Source: Candidatus Poribacteria bacterium
Lineage (GTDB): Bacteria > Poribacteria > WGA-4E > PCPOR2b
Length of the DNA stretch: 64,000 nucleotides
Direction of reading: 5' to 3'
NCBI GenBank assembly: GCA_965208325.1
Contig: OZ242326.1
Location: 1,856,001-1,920,000, forward strand
Part shown: positions 9,347-19,681 of the stretch, in pieces
How positions within the stretch are numbered: position 1 is the first letter of the stretch
How the letters are laid out: each line of letters opens with the position of its first letter
The notes under the pieces: generated by a model
Databases searched by the model: none
What the model was told of the DNA's origin: nothing
What the model saw: only the letters and a program-made list of their open reading frames with translations
Translations under genes and position numbers: made by a program

Positions 9347-10774
9347 TTAGCCAGCGCTCAAGCCGTATTCCTTAATTTTTCTGAAGATAGTTCGCTTTGA
9401 AACGCCCAATATCTGTGCTGCCTTGGCTTTATTATTCTCCACATGTTTGAGCGTGGCTCGAATTGATTCCTTCTCAATCTCCGCCAGCGACAGTCCAACC
9501 TCAAGATCGAGATGAGATTCGGTAAGTTCGCTTTGCGCCGCATCAAGAGCGGTTGGCGCAGAAAAAATAAATTGCGAGCTTTCGCCGGCTGCTTTTAATG
9601 TGTGTTCGGGGAGATCTTCGAGATTTAGCTCCGACCGATTAGACATAACGACCATTCCTTCAATACAGTTTCTCAACTCACGCACATTTCCGGGCCAGTC
9701 ATGATTTATTAAGGTTCGCAGGGCACGGGAGGTTATGTTCTTAACCGCCTTTCGATTTTCTCTACTGAACTCCTCAATAAAAACCTTGACTAACAGCGGA
9801 ATGTCCTCTCTCCTTTCACGAAGCGGCGGCAAGGCGATCTGAATTACGTTTAGCCTATCATAGAGATCTGCCAAAAATTCTCCATTCTCTACGGCGTCCT
9901 CAAGATCGCGGTTTGTTGCGGAGACGATGCGAACATCGACCTGGACGGGTTCATTGCCACCTACTCTCTCAAACGTTCTTTCCTCAAGTACGCGGAGCAA
10001 CCGCGATTGATTGGATAGGCTTAACTTGCCGACTTCATCAAGGAATAGGGTGCCGCCGTGCGCGGTCTCAAACCGGCCTTTGCGCATGCGGTGAGCACCA
10101 GTAAATGCGCCGCGTTCATGTCCAAACAGCTCTGATTCAGCTAGCCCCTCAGCCAAGGCGGCGCAATTGAAAACGACGAGTTGCCCGGGCCGCAGACTGC
10201 GATGATGGATGGCGCGGGCAACGAGTTCTTTTCCGGTACCGCGCTCACCGCGAATCATGACGGTCGCTTTTGTCGGAGCAACTTGCGAGATGATTTGCCG
10301 AACTTCTTGCATCCCCGCTGAGTGCCCTGTTAATTGGAGCGGTCCCACTCTGTTGTCAATCTGGGACTGCAATCGGCGGTTTTCGAGGGTGAGGCGGCGG
10401 GTCTCAAGTATTTTGTGTAGAAATGCTTTTAGGTGTACGGGCCTGAGCGGTTTTGGAAGGAAAAAGCTGGATTTGTGGTGAAGTGTGGCTTTGATGCCGG
10501 TGTCGGTTTCCAATACATTTGCCGCTGTTGTGAAAATGACGCCAACGTCCGGGTTTTTGCCATAAGCGGCTTCGAGGAGTTTTAAGCCGTCAATCCGGTC
10601 TGCTTTAAGCGGAGCGATTAGGACATCAATTTCTAGGCGTTGAATGCGATCTAGGGCCGCGTATTGATTGTCGGTGACATGCACCTGCAAGCCTTCGCCT
10701 TCAAGTGCGTGACAAATGGTTTCGCATTGTCTTCGGTCAGAATCAACAACGAGGGTAGTCGTCTTGCTGTTCAT
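9347..10774 (-). CDS. sigma-54-dependent transcriptional activator (NtrC family) with atypical receiver
   Basis: GERGTGKE Walker A, ESELFGHERGAFTGA, LFLDEV, WPGNVREL, C-terminal Fis HTH. Confidence 0.93.
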   Translation of the reverse strand: MNSKTTTLVVDSDRRQCETICHALEGEGLQVHVTDNQYAALDRIQRLEIDVLIAPLKADRIDGLKLLEAAYGKNPDVGVIFTTAANVLETDTGIKATLHHKSSFFLPKPLRPVHLKAFLHKILETRRLTLENRRLQSQIDNRVGPLQLTGHSAGMQEVRQIISQVAPTKATVMIRGERGTGKELVARAIHHRSLRPGQLVVFNCAALAEGLAESELFGHERGAFTGAHRMRKGRFETAHGGTLFLDEVGKLSLSNQSRLLRVLEERTFERVGGNEPVQVDVRIVSATNRDLEDAVENGEFLADLYDRLNVIQIALPPLRERREDIPLLVKVFIEEFSRENRKAVKNITSRALRTLINHDWPGNVRELRNCIEGMVVMSNRSELNLEDLPEHTLKAAGESSQFIFSAPTALDAAQSELTESHLDLEVGLSLAEIEKESIRATLKHVENNKAKAAQILGVSKRTIFRKIKEYGLSAG

Positions 10775-10860
10775 TTTACTCGCTCAATTTTTTTCGGCCC
10801 GTTGAATGATTTCCGCAATGTAAGACGTGAGTATTCACATGTGTTACGTTGGGGTACTAA

Positions 10861-10935
10861 ACACCTGTCGCCCCGCTGGGGCTTTTGATATGGGGCAAAT
10901 CGACTTTTCTATACACCTGCCGCGCCTCCGGGGCT
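10861..10935. repeat. REP-like doublet (TGTCGCCCCGCTGGGGCT family)
   Basis: Two copies of the motif; the same doublet occurs at ~15686-15758 and ~50245-50316. Confidence 0.75.
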
Positions 10936-11174
10936 AAATGCTGTTAGAGATTTATGTATAACGGTGATTTGCTCCTCTCCTTTTGAACGGAATCGCCGCG
11001 ATTGGGGTTTCGCAAGTTCACAGTTAGAACATTTTGCGTTGACGGGACAAGTTCACTTTTTCATCATTTACGGTAGCGTATTTGCCTAAATTCGGACAGA
11101 AAATGATACCTTATTCCCAAAACTTCGTCAAGCGGAAAACAGGCGGATGACGACGATTTGCCGCCTGTGTTTTA

Positions 11175-12149
11175 TCATGTTCTCAGTGCATCCACAACCC
11201 GCTGCATATCGATTGGCATCGGCGCCGAAAACGTCAATTTCTCGCCGGATTCAGGGTGGTTAAAGCCAAGTGTTCGCGCGTGCAAGGCTTGGCGATTGAG
11301 CTTCGCAAACGCCTCCGCCAATGCGGGCGAATGAGCGTTATACAATGCACGGCGCCGCCCTCCGCCATAGACGGCATCTCCCGCAACCGGAAGACCGATG
11401 TGGCTGAGATGCACGCGGATTTGGTGAAGGCGCCCGGTCTCCAAATTCAACTGAATGAGGGAAAATTTGCCATAAATTTCCAGGGCACGATAGTGGGTAA
11501 CGGCATGACGACCCGACTCCACCGATACGGTCATTTTTCGCGGATCTCTGCGACTGCGGCGGATTGGTGCGTTTATTGTGCCAGACTCCGATTTTGGAAC
11601 GCCGCAAGCCACAGCGAGATACTCCCGTACGGTGGAATGGGCTTCAAATTGCGCCGATAGATGACGATGCGCGTGATCGGTCTTCGCGGCAACGAGCACC
11701 CCCGATGTATTCTTATCGAGCCGATGTACGATACCGGGCCGTTCCGCGCCGCCAATTTGAGACAGAACGCCGCAGTGTGCAAGCAAGGCATTGACAAGCG
11801 TTCCGGTGTTGACGCGGCCGGCAGGGTGAACAAGCATGTCCGCGGGTTTGTTCACGACGATAAGGACGGAATCTTCGTACAGAATATCGAGCGGTATGTG
11901 ATTGGGTTGGATAGACTCCATCACGGAGCCATTTGGAATGGTGAGGGAGATTTGATCGCCTGCTCGAAGTTTATGACCAGGCTTGGCAACTTTGCCGTTG
12001 ACTGTGACGGCGCCACCGCGGACTAATTTTTGTATAGCTGACCGGGACAACTGATTTGGCTGGCCAGGAACATGCTGCTCGTCTACAAACCGATCTAGCC
12101 GGAAATTTTCGTGTTCTGTTTCAACGAGATAGTTGTAGATACGTGACAT
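11175..12149 (-). CDS. rluD: RluA-family 23S rRNA pseudouridine synthase (RluD)
   Basis: S4 domain, VVNKP, RPGIVHRLDKNTSG, ETGRLHQIRVH, RQALHA. Confidence 0.92.
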   Translation of the reverse strand: MSRIYNYLVETEHENFRLDRFVDEQHVPGQPNQLSRSAIQKLVRGGAVTVNGKVAKPGHKLRAGDQISLTIPNGSVMESIQPNHIPLDILYEDSVLIVVNKPADMLVHPAGRVNTGTLVNALLAHCGVLSQIGGAERPGIVHRLDKNTSGVLVAAKTDHAHRHLSAQFEAHSTVREYLAVACGVPKSESGTINAPIRRSRRDPRKMTVSVESGRHAVTHYRALEIYGKFSLIQLNLETGRLHQIRVHLSHIGLPVAGDAVYGGGRRRALYNAHSPALAEAFAKLNRQALHARTLGFNHPESGEKLTFSAPMPIDMQRVVDALRT

Positions 12150-12197
12150 ATCAAAGAGGGATTCGCCTACTGTAACCGATCTTCACGCTCTTACGAA

Positions 12198-13403
12198 TTA
12201 TTGAACTTTCCGCGAGATAGCATGGCGTTTCATCTTCTTTTTATAAACCGGAGATATGGCACGCATTTGCTCGACAATGGCGGGCACTTTTTCGACGACT
12301 TCCTCGATTTCGCCCTGGGTGTTATCTTTACCGAGCGAGAATCGAACTGTGCCCTGCGCCAACTGCGGCGAGATACCGAGCGCCGCCAGCACATGCGACG
12401 GTTCCATCGATCCAGAGGTACAGGCGGAACCGGTCGACACACAGATGCCTTCCATATCCAACCTCAGAATCAGGCTCTCCCCTTCGACGAATTCAAACGA
12501 AATGTTTAGGGTTCCCGGCAGGCAGTATTCCGGATGACTGTTCTCGTAGATATTAGTTAGGCGTTCATGGAGCCCAGTGCGCAGCTTGTTAGTTAGCCGG
12601 TTGAGATGTTGGCTATAGGATTCGCGGTGTTTTTTCGCCAATGCGGCGGCTGCGCCCATACCGACGATTGCGGGGACATTTTCTGAGCCTGCGCGGCGGT
12701 TGCGCTCATGCGTCCCGCCGTGAATGAGGTTTTCCAAACGGGTGCCGCGCCGAGTATATAAGGCGCCGATGCCTTTGGGACCGTAAAATTTGTGCGCGGA
12801 GAGGGTGAGCAGGTTCACGCCTAACTCTTGGACATTGAGCGGAAGTTTGCCAACGGACTGTACGGCGTCGGTGTGAACGGGGATGCCGTGCGACCCAGCG
12901 ATTTCGCAAACGTCTTCAATCGGTTGAATTGTTCCGTTTTCATTGTTCGCATGCATAATCGAAACCAAAATTGTGGTGTCACGGATTGCCTCGGAGAGAT
13001 TCTCGATTTGAATTCGCCCGTACCGGTCAACCGGCAGGTAGGACACTTCAAACCCGTGCTTTTCAAGGTGTTGACACGTATGGAGCACGGCGTGATGTTC
13101 AACTGAGGAGGTGATAATGTGGTTTTTGCCGTACCGATGTTTTTGGAACTCGGCGACGCCTTTGACGGCGTAGTTGTCCGCTTCGGTGCCGCAACTGGTG
13201 AAAACGATTTCGCTCGGACTTTTTGCACCAATTAAATCCGCGACGTGTTCACGCGCGGTATCGATTGCGTTGCGCGCCTCGCGCCCATAAGCGTGGATGC
13301 TTGAGCCGTTCCCGAAGTGCTCCATCATGTAGGGCATCATGGCTTCCCGCACTTCAGAATGGAGCGGGGTTGTTGCATTATGGTCTAAGTAGATGCGTTG
13401 CAT
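12198..13403 (-). CDS. iscS: cysteine desulfurase (IscS/NifS)
   Basis: IYLDHNATTP, HTDAVQ, SAHKFYGPKG, STGSACTSG. Confidence 0.93.
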   Translation of the reverse strand: MQRIYLDHNATTPLHSEVREAMMPYMMEHFGNGSSIHAYGREARNAIDTAREHVADLIGAKSPSEIVFTSCGTEADNYAVKGVAEFQKHRYGKNHIITSSVEHHAVLHTCQHLEKHGFEVSYLPVDRYGRIQIENLSEAIRDTTILVSIMHANNENGTIQPIEDVCEIAGSHGIPVHTDAVQSVGKLPLNVQELGVNLLTLSAHKFYGPKGIGALYTRRGTRLENLIHGGTHERNRRAGSENVPAIVGMGAAAALAKKHRESYSQHLNRLTNKLRTGLHERLTNIYENSHPEYCLPGTLNISFEFVEGESLILRLDMEGICVSTGSACTSGSMEPSHVLAALGISPQLAQGTVRFSLGKDNTQGEIEEVVEKVPAIVEQMRAISPVYKKKMKRHAISRKVQ

Positions 13404-13736
13404 GAATTTTCCTTGAAAACCAGTTTCCGGTACAATTTTCGCCGCGAATCGCCGTTTTTTTCATCAAAAGAGACACGTAAAACACCCTAAGCGGACATTT
13501 ACAAGCATGTGATTAAAGTGCGCGAAAACCGCGCGTGCATATCGTAGCTAATGGCGATCTAAGCCAGTGCCAGCGCAGGTTTGCCGGATAAGTGTACATA
13601 CCGCAGCGAGCGCTTAAAAATGTTAATTTTGGCACAAAATTTCCTAAAAAAGCGGACAGCCAGCGTGATTTTTTGATTTCAGTTAATTTTGCCAGCGGCG
13701 TGTAAAAAAGCTTTCCCCTTCACACCCGACTGTCAT

Positions 13737-15557
13737 TTAATCGGATCGAGCGGTTATTTGATCTTGGACGAGGGCGATGAACTGCTGCACGGGCATGTCA
13801 TTTTGACGAGAGCCGTCGCGTTTTCGAAGCGAAACGGTGCCGCCGTCGACTTCCCGGTCCCCGACTACGAGCATGTAAGGCACTTTCATCAACTGGGCTT
13901 GGCGAATCTTCGCATTCATGCGTTCGCTACTCAAATCCGCCTTCGCACGGAGACCTGCGTCATTTAACTGTTCGGCCAACTTTTGTGCGTAGCCGTTATG
14001 ATTGTCGTTGATTGGAATCACGCGAGCGTGCTCCGGAGAAAGCCAGACCGGGAATCGGCCAGCATAATGTTCGATTAAGAAACCGATAAAACGTTCGTGG
14101 GTACCGAGCGGCGCGCGGTGGAGGCAGATTGGTACTTCAGGATTCCCTTCACTGTTTATAAAACGCAAACCAAAGCGTTCAGGTTGGGCGAAATCGACCT
14201 GATTGGTAGCAAGCGTGAATTCGCGGCCGATGGTGCTCCAGATTTGTACGTCAATCTTGGGACCGTAGAAGGCGGCTTCATCGGTGACCTCGACAAAGGG
14301 CACCTCGCCGTTTTTCATGGCGTTTCGCACCATTTCCTCGGTTTTCAGCCACATCCGTTCATTATCGACATATTTTTTGCCGAGACCGCTTTTGTGGTGT
14401 GTGCTGAACCGCATAATATATTTTTCGATGCCGAACAGCCGAAAATATTCGAGGTAGAGGTCAACGACCCGCAGAAATTCATCTTCAAACTGTTCTTCCG
14501 AGCAATAGATGTGGGCATCGTTCATCTGCATGGATCGGACGCGCATCAGACCGAAGAGTTCGCCGCTTTTTTCAAAGCGATAGCAGGTGCCGTATTCGGC
14601 GAGCCGAAGCGGCAGATTGCGATAGCTGCGGGGGCTGCTGGCGAAGATTTTGTGGTGGAAAGGGCAGTTCATGGGTTTAACGAAATAACGGACTCCTTCC
14701 AACTCCATTGGTGGATACATGCTCTCCGTGTAGTGCGCCAAGTGACCGCTGCGCTCAAAAAGCGCATCCTTTGCCAAGTGAGGGGTGCGGACGCGGTCGT
14801 AACCGGCTCTGAGTTCAAATTCTTTTGCGAGTTTTTCCAGTTCTTCGATAATGATTCCGCCGTTCGGCAACCACAGCGGCAGACCGGGACCTACCTCTTC
14901 ATCGAAAATGAAAATCTCCAATTCCTTTCCGAGTTTGCGGTGGTCGCGCTTTTTAGCTTCTTCAAGCCGTTGCAGGTGCTGTTTAAGTTCTTCTTTTGTG
15001 CGCCAAGCCGTCCCATAGATGCGTTGAAGCATGGGTTTATTCTCGTCGCCGCGCCAGTATGCGCCGGCAGTGTTTAACAGCTTGAAGGCGTCGGGGCGGA
15101 TGTGTTTTGTATCTTCGACGTGGGGGCCTCGGCAGAGATCTTCGAAGGTATCATGACGGTATGTGCTAATGACGGGAACATCCTCGGTTGCGGCGCCGTA
15201 TTCATCCGTACCGCCCTGTACGAGTCCGTCAATTAACTCTAACTTATAGGGTTCGTTCTTGAACAGTGTTCGCGCCTCATCAACGCTGACTTCGCGATAG
15301 GTGAATCTGTGGTTGCCCGCGATGATTTGCCGCATACGTTTTTCGATTTTTTTTAGGCTTTCGGTTGAAAATGCAACCGGATTGCCGTCGTCGTCCGTTC
15401 CCAAATCGAAGTCGTAGTAAAATCCGTTTTCAATGGGAGGTCCAATTGCGAGTTTAGCGTTCGGGTAGAACTCGGTTACGGCTTGGGCCATAACATGGGC
15501 GGCGCTATGCCGGGTTTTATAAAGTATGTCCTGCTCGAGCTCATCTGATTTTAACAT
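13737..15557 (-). CDS. thrS: threonine--tRNA ligase
   Basis: RHSAAHVMAQA, DLCRGPH, AGAYWRG, RDHRKLG, KPMNCP, AAFYGPKID; probable ATG at 15557 with AGGA RBS. Confidence 0.96.
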   Translation of the reverse strand: MLKSDELEQDILYKTRHSAAHVMAQAVTEFYPNAKLAIGPPIENGFYYDFDLGTDDDGNPVAFSTESLKKIEKRMRQIIAGNHRFTYREVSVDEARTLFKNEPYKLELIDGLVQGGTDEYGAATEDVPVISTYRHDTFEDLCRGPHVEDTKHIRPDAFKLLNTAGAYWRGDENKPMLQRIYGTAWRTKEELKQHLQRLEEAKKRDHRKLGKELEIFIFDEEVGPGLPLWLPNGGIIIEELEKLAKEFELRAGYDRVRTPHLAKDALFERSGHLAHYTESMYPPMELEGVRYFVKPMNCPFHHKIFASSPRSYRNLPLRLAEYGTCYRFEKSGELFGLMRVRSMQMNDAHIYCSEEQFEDEFLRVVDLYLEYFRLFGIEKYIMRFSTHHKSGLGKKYVDNERMWLKTEEMVRNAMKNGEVPFVEVTDEAAFYGPKIDVQIWSTIGREFTLATNQVDFAQPERFGLRFINSEGNPEVPICLHRAPLGTHERFIGFLIEHYAGRFPVWLSPEHARVIPINDNHNGYAQKLAEQLNDAGLRAKADLSSERMNAKIRQAQLMKVPYMLVVGDREVDGGTVSLRKRDGSRQNDMPVQQFIALVQDQITARSD

Positions 15558-15684
15558 TATTTTTCCTACGGGAACGGCGTGTTGTTTTAAGAACGTGATT
15601 GAAAAAAATGATGGTGAATTGACGTTTTTATATGCCAGCCGCGCGCGGGGAGAGATGATCCGCATACAAGCTGGCGTGGACTAT

Positions 15685-17095
15685 TACCTGTCGCCCCGCT
15701 GGGGCTTTTGATGTGGGTAAATCGAATTTTCTATATACCTTTCGCCCCTCCGGGGCTTTCGGTTATGGCTAATAGTGCGGCGATGAGGGCAACCACAAGG
15801 GTTGCCCTTACAGAAAATGAATCCGATGTAAGGGATGGCGCTATAACCGTTGGATCTTCTAGTGCACGGGATTTGCTATCGCCTTGGTTTTTAGATCGGT
15901 TTGCCCTATTCAGTGGCTAGATTCCACGAAATACCTCACTCCAGCGTTGAGCGCGGCAAGATGCCGCGCCTACGGGGGGCGGTGGCACACGCGCGGCAAG
16001 ATGCCGCGCCTACGGGGGGCGGTGGCACACGCGCGGCAAGATGCCGCGCCTACGGAGGATGGTGAGGTACGATACGCTATATACCTTTCGCCCCACCGGG
16101 GCTTTCGGTTATGGCTAATAGTGCGGCGATGAGGGCAACCACAAGGGTTACCCCTACAGGGAATGAATCCGATGTAAGGGCTGGCGCTATAACCGTTGGA
16201 TCTTCTAGTGCACGGGATTTGCTATCGCCTTGGTTTTTAGATCGGTTTGTCCTATTCTGTGGCTAGATTCCACGAAATACCTCACTCCAGCGTTCAGCGC
16301 GGCAAGATGCCGCGCCTACGGGGGGCGGGGGCACACGCGCGGCAAGATGCCGCGCCTACGGGGGGCGGGGGCACACGCGCGGCAAGATGCCGCGCCTACG
16401 GAGGATGGTGAGGTACGATACGCTATACACCTGTCGCCCCGCCGGGGCTTTGGGTTATGGCTAAAAGTGCGACGATGAGGGCAACCACAAGGGTTACCCC
16501 TACAGAAAATGAATCCGATGTAAGGGCTGGCGCTATAACCGTTGGATCTTCTAGTGCACGGGATTTGCTATCGCCTTGGTTTTTAGATCGGTTTGTCCTA
16601 TTCTGTGGCTAGATTCCACGAAATACCTCACTCCAGCGTTCAGCGCGGCAAGATGCCGCGCCTACGGGGGGCGGTGGCGCACGCGGGGCAAGATGCCGCG
16701 CCTACGGAGGATGGTGAGGTACGATACGCTATACACCTGTCGCCCCGCCGGGGCTTTGGCTTATGGTTAATAGTACGACGATGAGGGCAACCACAAGGGT
16801 TACCCCTACAGAAAATGAATCCGATGTAAGGGATGGCGCTATAACCGTTGGATCTTCTAGTGCACGGGATTTGCTATCGCCTTGGTTTTTAGATCGGTTT
16901 GTCCTATGCAGTGGCTAGATTCCACGAAATACGTCACTCCAGCGTTCAGCGCGGCAAGATGCCGCGCCTACGGGGGGCGGTGGCGCACACGGGGCAAGAT
17001 GCCCCGAATACAAGGCGGCGTGCCTCACGCGGGGATAGTCAACCCCCATAAAAGGCGGCGCGGCGCACTCGGGGCAAGATGTCCCGCCTACAAGG
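15685..17095. repeat. tandem array of a composite REP element (unit spacing 346, 346, 306 bp)
   Basis: Each unit carries a TCGCCCC..GGGGCT motif, GGGCAACCACAAGGGTT(G/A)CCC(C/T)TAC and 2-3 copies of GCGCGGCAAGATGCCGCGCCTAC. Confidence 0.93.
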
Positions 17096-18047
17096 CACCG
17101 CCGGGGTTAAGTTCTATTTCCAGTCGATCTAAGCAATATTCCCAGTATTTGACGGCGTATTTTTGAACTTCCTCGGGTTGTCCCAAGCTATTGAGATAGT
17201 GTCCAATCCATGCAAGCAATTTACCGCGCATTTCCTTCTTGACGGCATGAACCTCCGGATCATAAGCGATATCGTCAAAAGTGTCCCAGTCTTCAGGTGT
17301 GAGTTGAAAATCAATCTCACGATACAAAATTAAGTTTACCATCAATGCCTGCGTAATTTGCCGAGGCAGGTCGTCACTAATTTGGAAGAGCAAATCGGGT
17401 GCTAAAACCTTTTCCTGCGGAAGCGCTTGGAAATAGCACAGTCGAAGGTCGAAATTGTCCAACTGCCGATTGGCGACCGCGATTTCCTCAAGGTTTGTTA
17501 TGGGATGCGGCATCGAAATGTGATCCAGCACGACTTGGGCAGCGTCAATGACCAGCTTCCGCCCAGAAATAGATTCCAGAAATTCGCGTTCCCAATCGTT
17601 GAAAACGGGGATTTCTTTCGGAGCGATATTCAGCGGCATGGGCTGCTCCAGAACCCTGAGTATTGCGGCTTCAAGCGTGTTTTGGGCACGCGCCACCAGC
17701 CCATCAACGAGCGTATTTCCGATTTGAAAAAATTTTATTGTGCGATTCTTATTCAGCAAAAGGACGGATTTTTCCAAATCGCCCTTGCTGCCGTACTCCA
17801 GCCCTATGCTTGTTAGCGCGAATGCCTCCTGAATATGTTTTCGAATGGCTGTAGACGATGCGAAATCCTCTGCTTTAATCGTAATCAGCTTGTGAGAGAG
17901 TACCGCGGTATCCTCGTGGATTTCGTCTATTCTCTCAGGTGTTATTTCACCAGTCTTCTGCCCGATTGCGAGTGTTTGCGCGAAAAACAGTCGATTGTCA
18001 TATTGAATCAGGGCATCGGTTTCAGGTATTTTTATGTTCTTCGTCAT
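17088..18047 (-). CDS. hypothetical protein resembling the C-terminal half of DUF6178 proteins
   Basis: SIGLEYGSKGDLEKSVLLL..IKFFQIG motif recalled from DUF6178; overlaps the upstream gene. Confidence 0.6.
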   Translation of the reverse strand: MTKNIKIPETDALIQYDNRLFFAQTLAIGQKTGEITPERIDEIHEDTAVLSHKLITIKAEDFASSTAIRKHIQEAFALTSIGLEYGSKGDLEKSVLLLNKNRTIKFFQIGNTLVDGLVARAQNTLEAAILRVLEQPMPLNIAPKEIPVFNDWEREFLESISGRKLVIDAAQVVLDHISMPHPITNLEEIAVANRQLDNFDLRLCYFQALPQEKVLAPDLLFQISDDLPRQITQALMVNLILYREIDFQLTPEDWDTFDDIAYDPEVHAVKKEMRGKLLAWIGHYLNSLGQPEEVQKYAVKYWEYCLDRLEIELNPGGAL

Positions 18048-18876
18048 CTTCTATACTAGATTTCTCAGATGTTTCGTCCGAATTGCCGCCTTCAAGATTC
18101 AGATTATCGAGATCGACCTTTTCAAAAACTTCCTCCTCCGTAATATGGATGCCGGCCGCGGTATCGCGCGCTTGAACACGTTCGTCGCGCTGCTCCTTAA
18201 CTTGGTCAAGGACTCGATCGGGTTCTAGACCTAATTTTTCTCGATCTGCCGTCCGCGCCTCCAGCGTAAAGATTTCATTCAAAAGACTTGTGAACAGATC
18301 TTCATCCGCTTCCCAAATTGCTGTTACGATGTCTCTTGTCCGCTCATCGGCATACACGATTTCTTTTGATGTGGGATCGATTAGACCTGCTTCAATAAAC
18401 AGGGCTTTGTAGCTAGTTTTAACTTTAACCCGATCGTGCAGCATGTTGGCAATTAACCTGACATCCACGCGAGCGAGCAAATATCCGAGTTCATCCCGGT
18501 CACATTCCGACAATTCATAAAGCCAGAGGTTGAGTGATTTATCATCGAGTTTGCCGTTCCGCCATAATGTCAAATCCATTAGTTCTTCAAACTGTTCTGG
18601 CGAGAGGCATTGTAACATAATCGATGCCAATCCCGTGCCGATTGTCCTGTCCAATATTTGCAGCACATCTTGTGTTGGGGAATTTTGGACAAGTTCGGTA
18701 CAATCTTCCGCGAGGTAATACAGTTCTTCCCGATCCCGGGCGTTCCGCGTGGACGAGATAATTTCTAGCTGCTGCCCTGTTGAATAGCTTTGAAACAGCG
18801 CCTCCGCCGCCTGCGTGGGCATTGCCAACAGTTTTTCGGCTTCTTGCGATGAATCAACGAGTTTGTTTTGGGTCAC
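18022..18876 (-). CDS. hypothetical protein resembling the N-terminal half of DUF6178 proteins
   Basis: LSPEQFEELMDLTLWRNGKLD..LNLWL motif; probable GTG start at 18876 after AGGGAG. Confidence 0.62.
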   Translation of the reverse strand: MTQNKLVDSSQEAEKLLAMPTQAAEALFQSYSTGQQLEIISSTRNARDREELYYLAEDCTELVQNSPTQDVLQILDRTIGTGLASIMLQCLSPEQFEELMDLTLWRNGKLDDKSLNLWLYELSECDRDELGYLLARVDVRLIANMLHDRVKVKTSYKALFIEAGLIDPTSKEIVYADERTRDIVTAIWEADEDLFTSLLNEIFTLEARTADREKLGLEPDRVLDQVKEQRDERVQARDTAAGIHITEEEVFEKVDLDNLNLEGGNSDETSEKSSIEDDEEHKNT

Positions 18877-19141
18877 GTAGTTCTCCCTATGGCATGCAGA
18901 AAAAAACGCGCACATTTACAAATGCGATTCGGACATCGCTCATACAGCAAAAACGCGATAAATTCTAACTTGTAAAGCGCGCAATGTCAAGGTATGATTC
19001 ACGGCGATTTGTGTTGACCGGCAAAAATGCGCATGATAAAATCGAACGCCAAAATATTATGTAGCCGTATGATGTGCAAAGCTAATATTCACCACGGCGC
19101 ACTTCTATTCCGCGAGATAAAATGACGCTGGAAAATCTTCC

Positions 19142-19681
19142 ATGACACGGTATCAGAATCAGTCAATGTCCGAACTAAATTTTTATCTCTTGGAAACAGA
19201 AAATCTGCCCGACGGCATAGAAGTGCTGCAACATAAACGTTTTCACCAATCAGACTATCAACTAGATTTGCGTGTGGTGAGTACGAGCCACGCCCTATCA
19301 ATCAGCACGCCGTTTGCCGCAATAACCGAGATAGTGGCGTGTTCAACGATTGACAACATGCAAAGGGCTATGGTTTGTGGTAAACGGCTGCATGAATCCG
19401 GCGGCGAGGTGTTTAGCTGCACGAATTTGCGGTATACGATTGATTGGGAGATACAACGGTACACACCCGGCGATTTTTTGCAGCGGTGCCGGCAGTTAAA
19501 TTCGCAGAAGAAGGCGGGGATTTACTATGAATTTCCACGGGAATCAGCCGGTTTTGAAGTCCCTGCCATAACGCTCATCGAGTGTGACTGCCAAGAGAAG
19601 CGCATTTGGGCGCAAACCTGCCATACTTATCCGAACGAATTCGGGGTGGTTACGACGCAAACACAGATTGAAATGACATGA
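19142..19681 (+). CDS. DUF2617-like protein
   Basis: SH..ITEIVAC, EFP..AITLI, TCHTYPNE..VVTTQT; ATGA overlap with speE. Confidence 0.7.
   Translation: MTRYQNQSMSELNFYLLETENLPDGIEVLQHKRFHQSDYQLDLRVVSTSHALSISTPFAAITEIVACSTIDNMQRAMVCGKRLHESGGEVFSCTNLRYTIDWEIQRYTPGDFLQRCRQLNSQKKAGIYYEFPRESAGFEVPAITLIECDCQEKRIWAQTCHTYPNEFGVVTTQTQIEMT

Noticed and set aside
13629..13646. Possible sigma54 -24/-12 site TGGCAC-AAAAT-TTCC
   Set aside because: The -12 element is imperfect and the site points opposite to the flanking minus-strand genes
14097..15077. 326-aa + strand ORF
   Set aside because: Antisense shadow of thrS
15708..17166. Short ORFs with AARCRAYGG/RGKMPRL peptides (also 21438-22282, 38619-39596, 40818-41833, 43729-44190, 48523-48999, 49948-50684, 56830-58214)
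   Set aside because: These are translations of REP repeats in several frames, with no RBS or protein-like features
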